Source: Camelus dromedarius
Taxonomy: Eukaryota
DNA: 64,000 nucleotides
Reading direction: 5' to 3'
NCBI RefSeq assembly: GCF_036321535.1
Contig: NC_087472.1
Coordinates: 97,404,001 to 97,468,000 of the forward strand
The position numbers and the translations under genes were made by a program. Numbering within the stretch: position 1 is the stretch's first letter; each line of letters starts with the position of its first letter. The notes beneath the pieces are model-generated. The model was not told the origin of the DNA. It saw only the letters and a program-made list of their open reading frames with translations, and did not search any database. Positions 62,930 to 64,000 of the stretch are shown piece after piece.

Positions 62930-63140
62930 CTTTATGATAATTTGTTTGAATAGTTATTCCTCACAATGATCCTATGATACAGAGCATTACTATCCTATCA
63001 TCTTCCCTCTGTTTTCTTTTGGGAGAAGTAAAAAGCAGGCAGTTTATAACTTGTCATATGTTACCAAGTGAGTCAGTGGCAAAATGGGATTTGAAATCCC
63101 AGTGTCTGTGTCCCTGATCAGTTATTATTTCTGTTCTACC
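62930..63140 (-). mobile_element. MIR SINE
   Basis: ttcctcacaatgatcctatga...taacttgtcatatgttacc...gtcagtggcaaaatgggatttgaaatccc. Confidence 0.6.
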
Positions 63141-63554
63141 CAGATAACTGTACCATTTCTCTATTTATTGTTTAGTCTGTCATTTCTTACTTCAACAAAA
63201 TCCAGTTAAATTGTTCAGTGTTTTAACTCCCTTCTCCCATACTAATTGTTTCTTCTTTGTTTACATAACTTTATCATGGGCATTAGGTGAAGACTTGTCT
63301 AATAGCAGAAAGATGTATTAAATTATTTCTTTATACCTTTCTAACTTTTTCAGTTTTTGATTTTACCCAGTAAAACTGGATTTTAAAATATATAATATGT
63401 GATGGTCACAAGCTAAATGATCAAGTCTTTAGTCTCCACAATTATTTATATATATTTAATTTTGTGACTATGAAGTAAATTTTATGATAGTGTGATTTGT
63501 CTATAAAGTTATGGAAGCCAGAGATTTTGGCTTGTAATCAGGAAGGGAGTATGA

Positions 63555-63760
63555 TGTGAGCAATAGAGATCTTTGGGTTACCGTTATGCCTCTATTTCAT
63601 ACCAGCTATGTGACCTTGGGCAGTAATTTACCCTCTTTAGCCTGTATTCCTCTTCTATTAAATGGAGATAATATTTACCTCATACACTTCTATAATAAAC
63701 CAAAGAAACATATGTTAAAAGTATTCAGTTACCATATAGGGGTTAATAAGCATCTGCTTC
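63555..63760 (+). mobile_element. MIR SINE
   Basis: accagctatgtgaccttgggcagtaatttaccctcttt...ctattaaatggagataatatttacctcata. Confidence 0.75.
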
Positions 63761-64000
63761 CATCAGTCTCATCTTCTAATTGCTTGTATACACCCAGACT
63801 GTAAGTATGGGGCTGATTACTCGTGATGGATGGCCAGCAAATTTTGTTCATTGGCAAAATATTTTCATAGTCAGCCAGAACAAACTTTATTACAGAGTAT
63901 TCTTTAACAAAATTCATTTCCCTGAGGCAAATATTTATAATTATTGAACAGGTATGTCTGTTTTCATTTTTAGAGTTCAAATAATCATTTCAGTGACTTG

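Noticed and set aside
1..64000. Prokaryotic, viral or novel multi-gene system, or CRISPR array
   Set aside because: There are no long ORFs, operon structure, regularly spaced repeats or compositionally foreign segments. The remaining 60-140 aa ORFs look like random or repeat-derived frames.

Overview
AT-rich, CpG-depleted mammalian genomic DNA, not prokaryotic. A Vic-1-type tRNA-derived SINE (14014-14186) and young L1 3' tails suggest a camelid (camel, alpaca or llama). I found no recognisable host protein-coding exon, RNA gene, CpG island or CRISPR array, so the window looks intergenic or deep-intronic. Much of it is decayed interspersed repeat: L1 of several ages (including a ~3.2 kb ORF2 remnant), L2, MIR, ERVL/MaLR solo LTRs, and many hAT DNA-transposon relics. 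Repeat-poor blocks between them may hold regulatory elements. The most notable items are a frameshifted fossil hAT/Charlie transposase (~46.4-47.1 kb) that the ORF track almost entirely misses, a SINE-L1 chimera inside a single target-site duplication (TSD), a 49-bp L1 tail with a perfect 15-bp TSD, and an 81-bp dispersed direct repeat. I see no evidence of a novel multi-gene system. Repeat family names come from visual recall of consensus sequences, and boundaries are approximate unless TSD or TIR coordinates are given.
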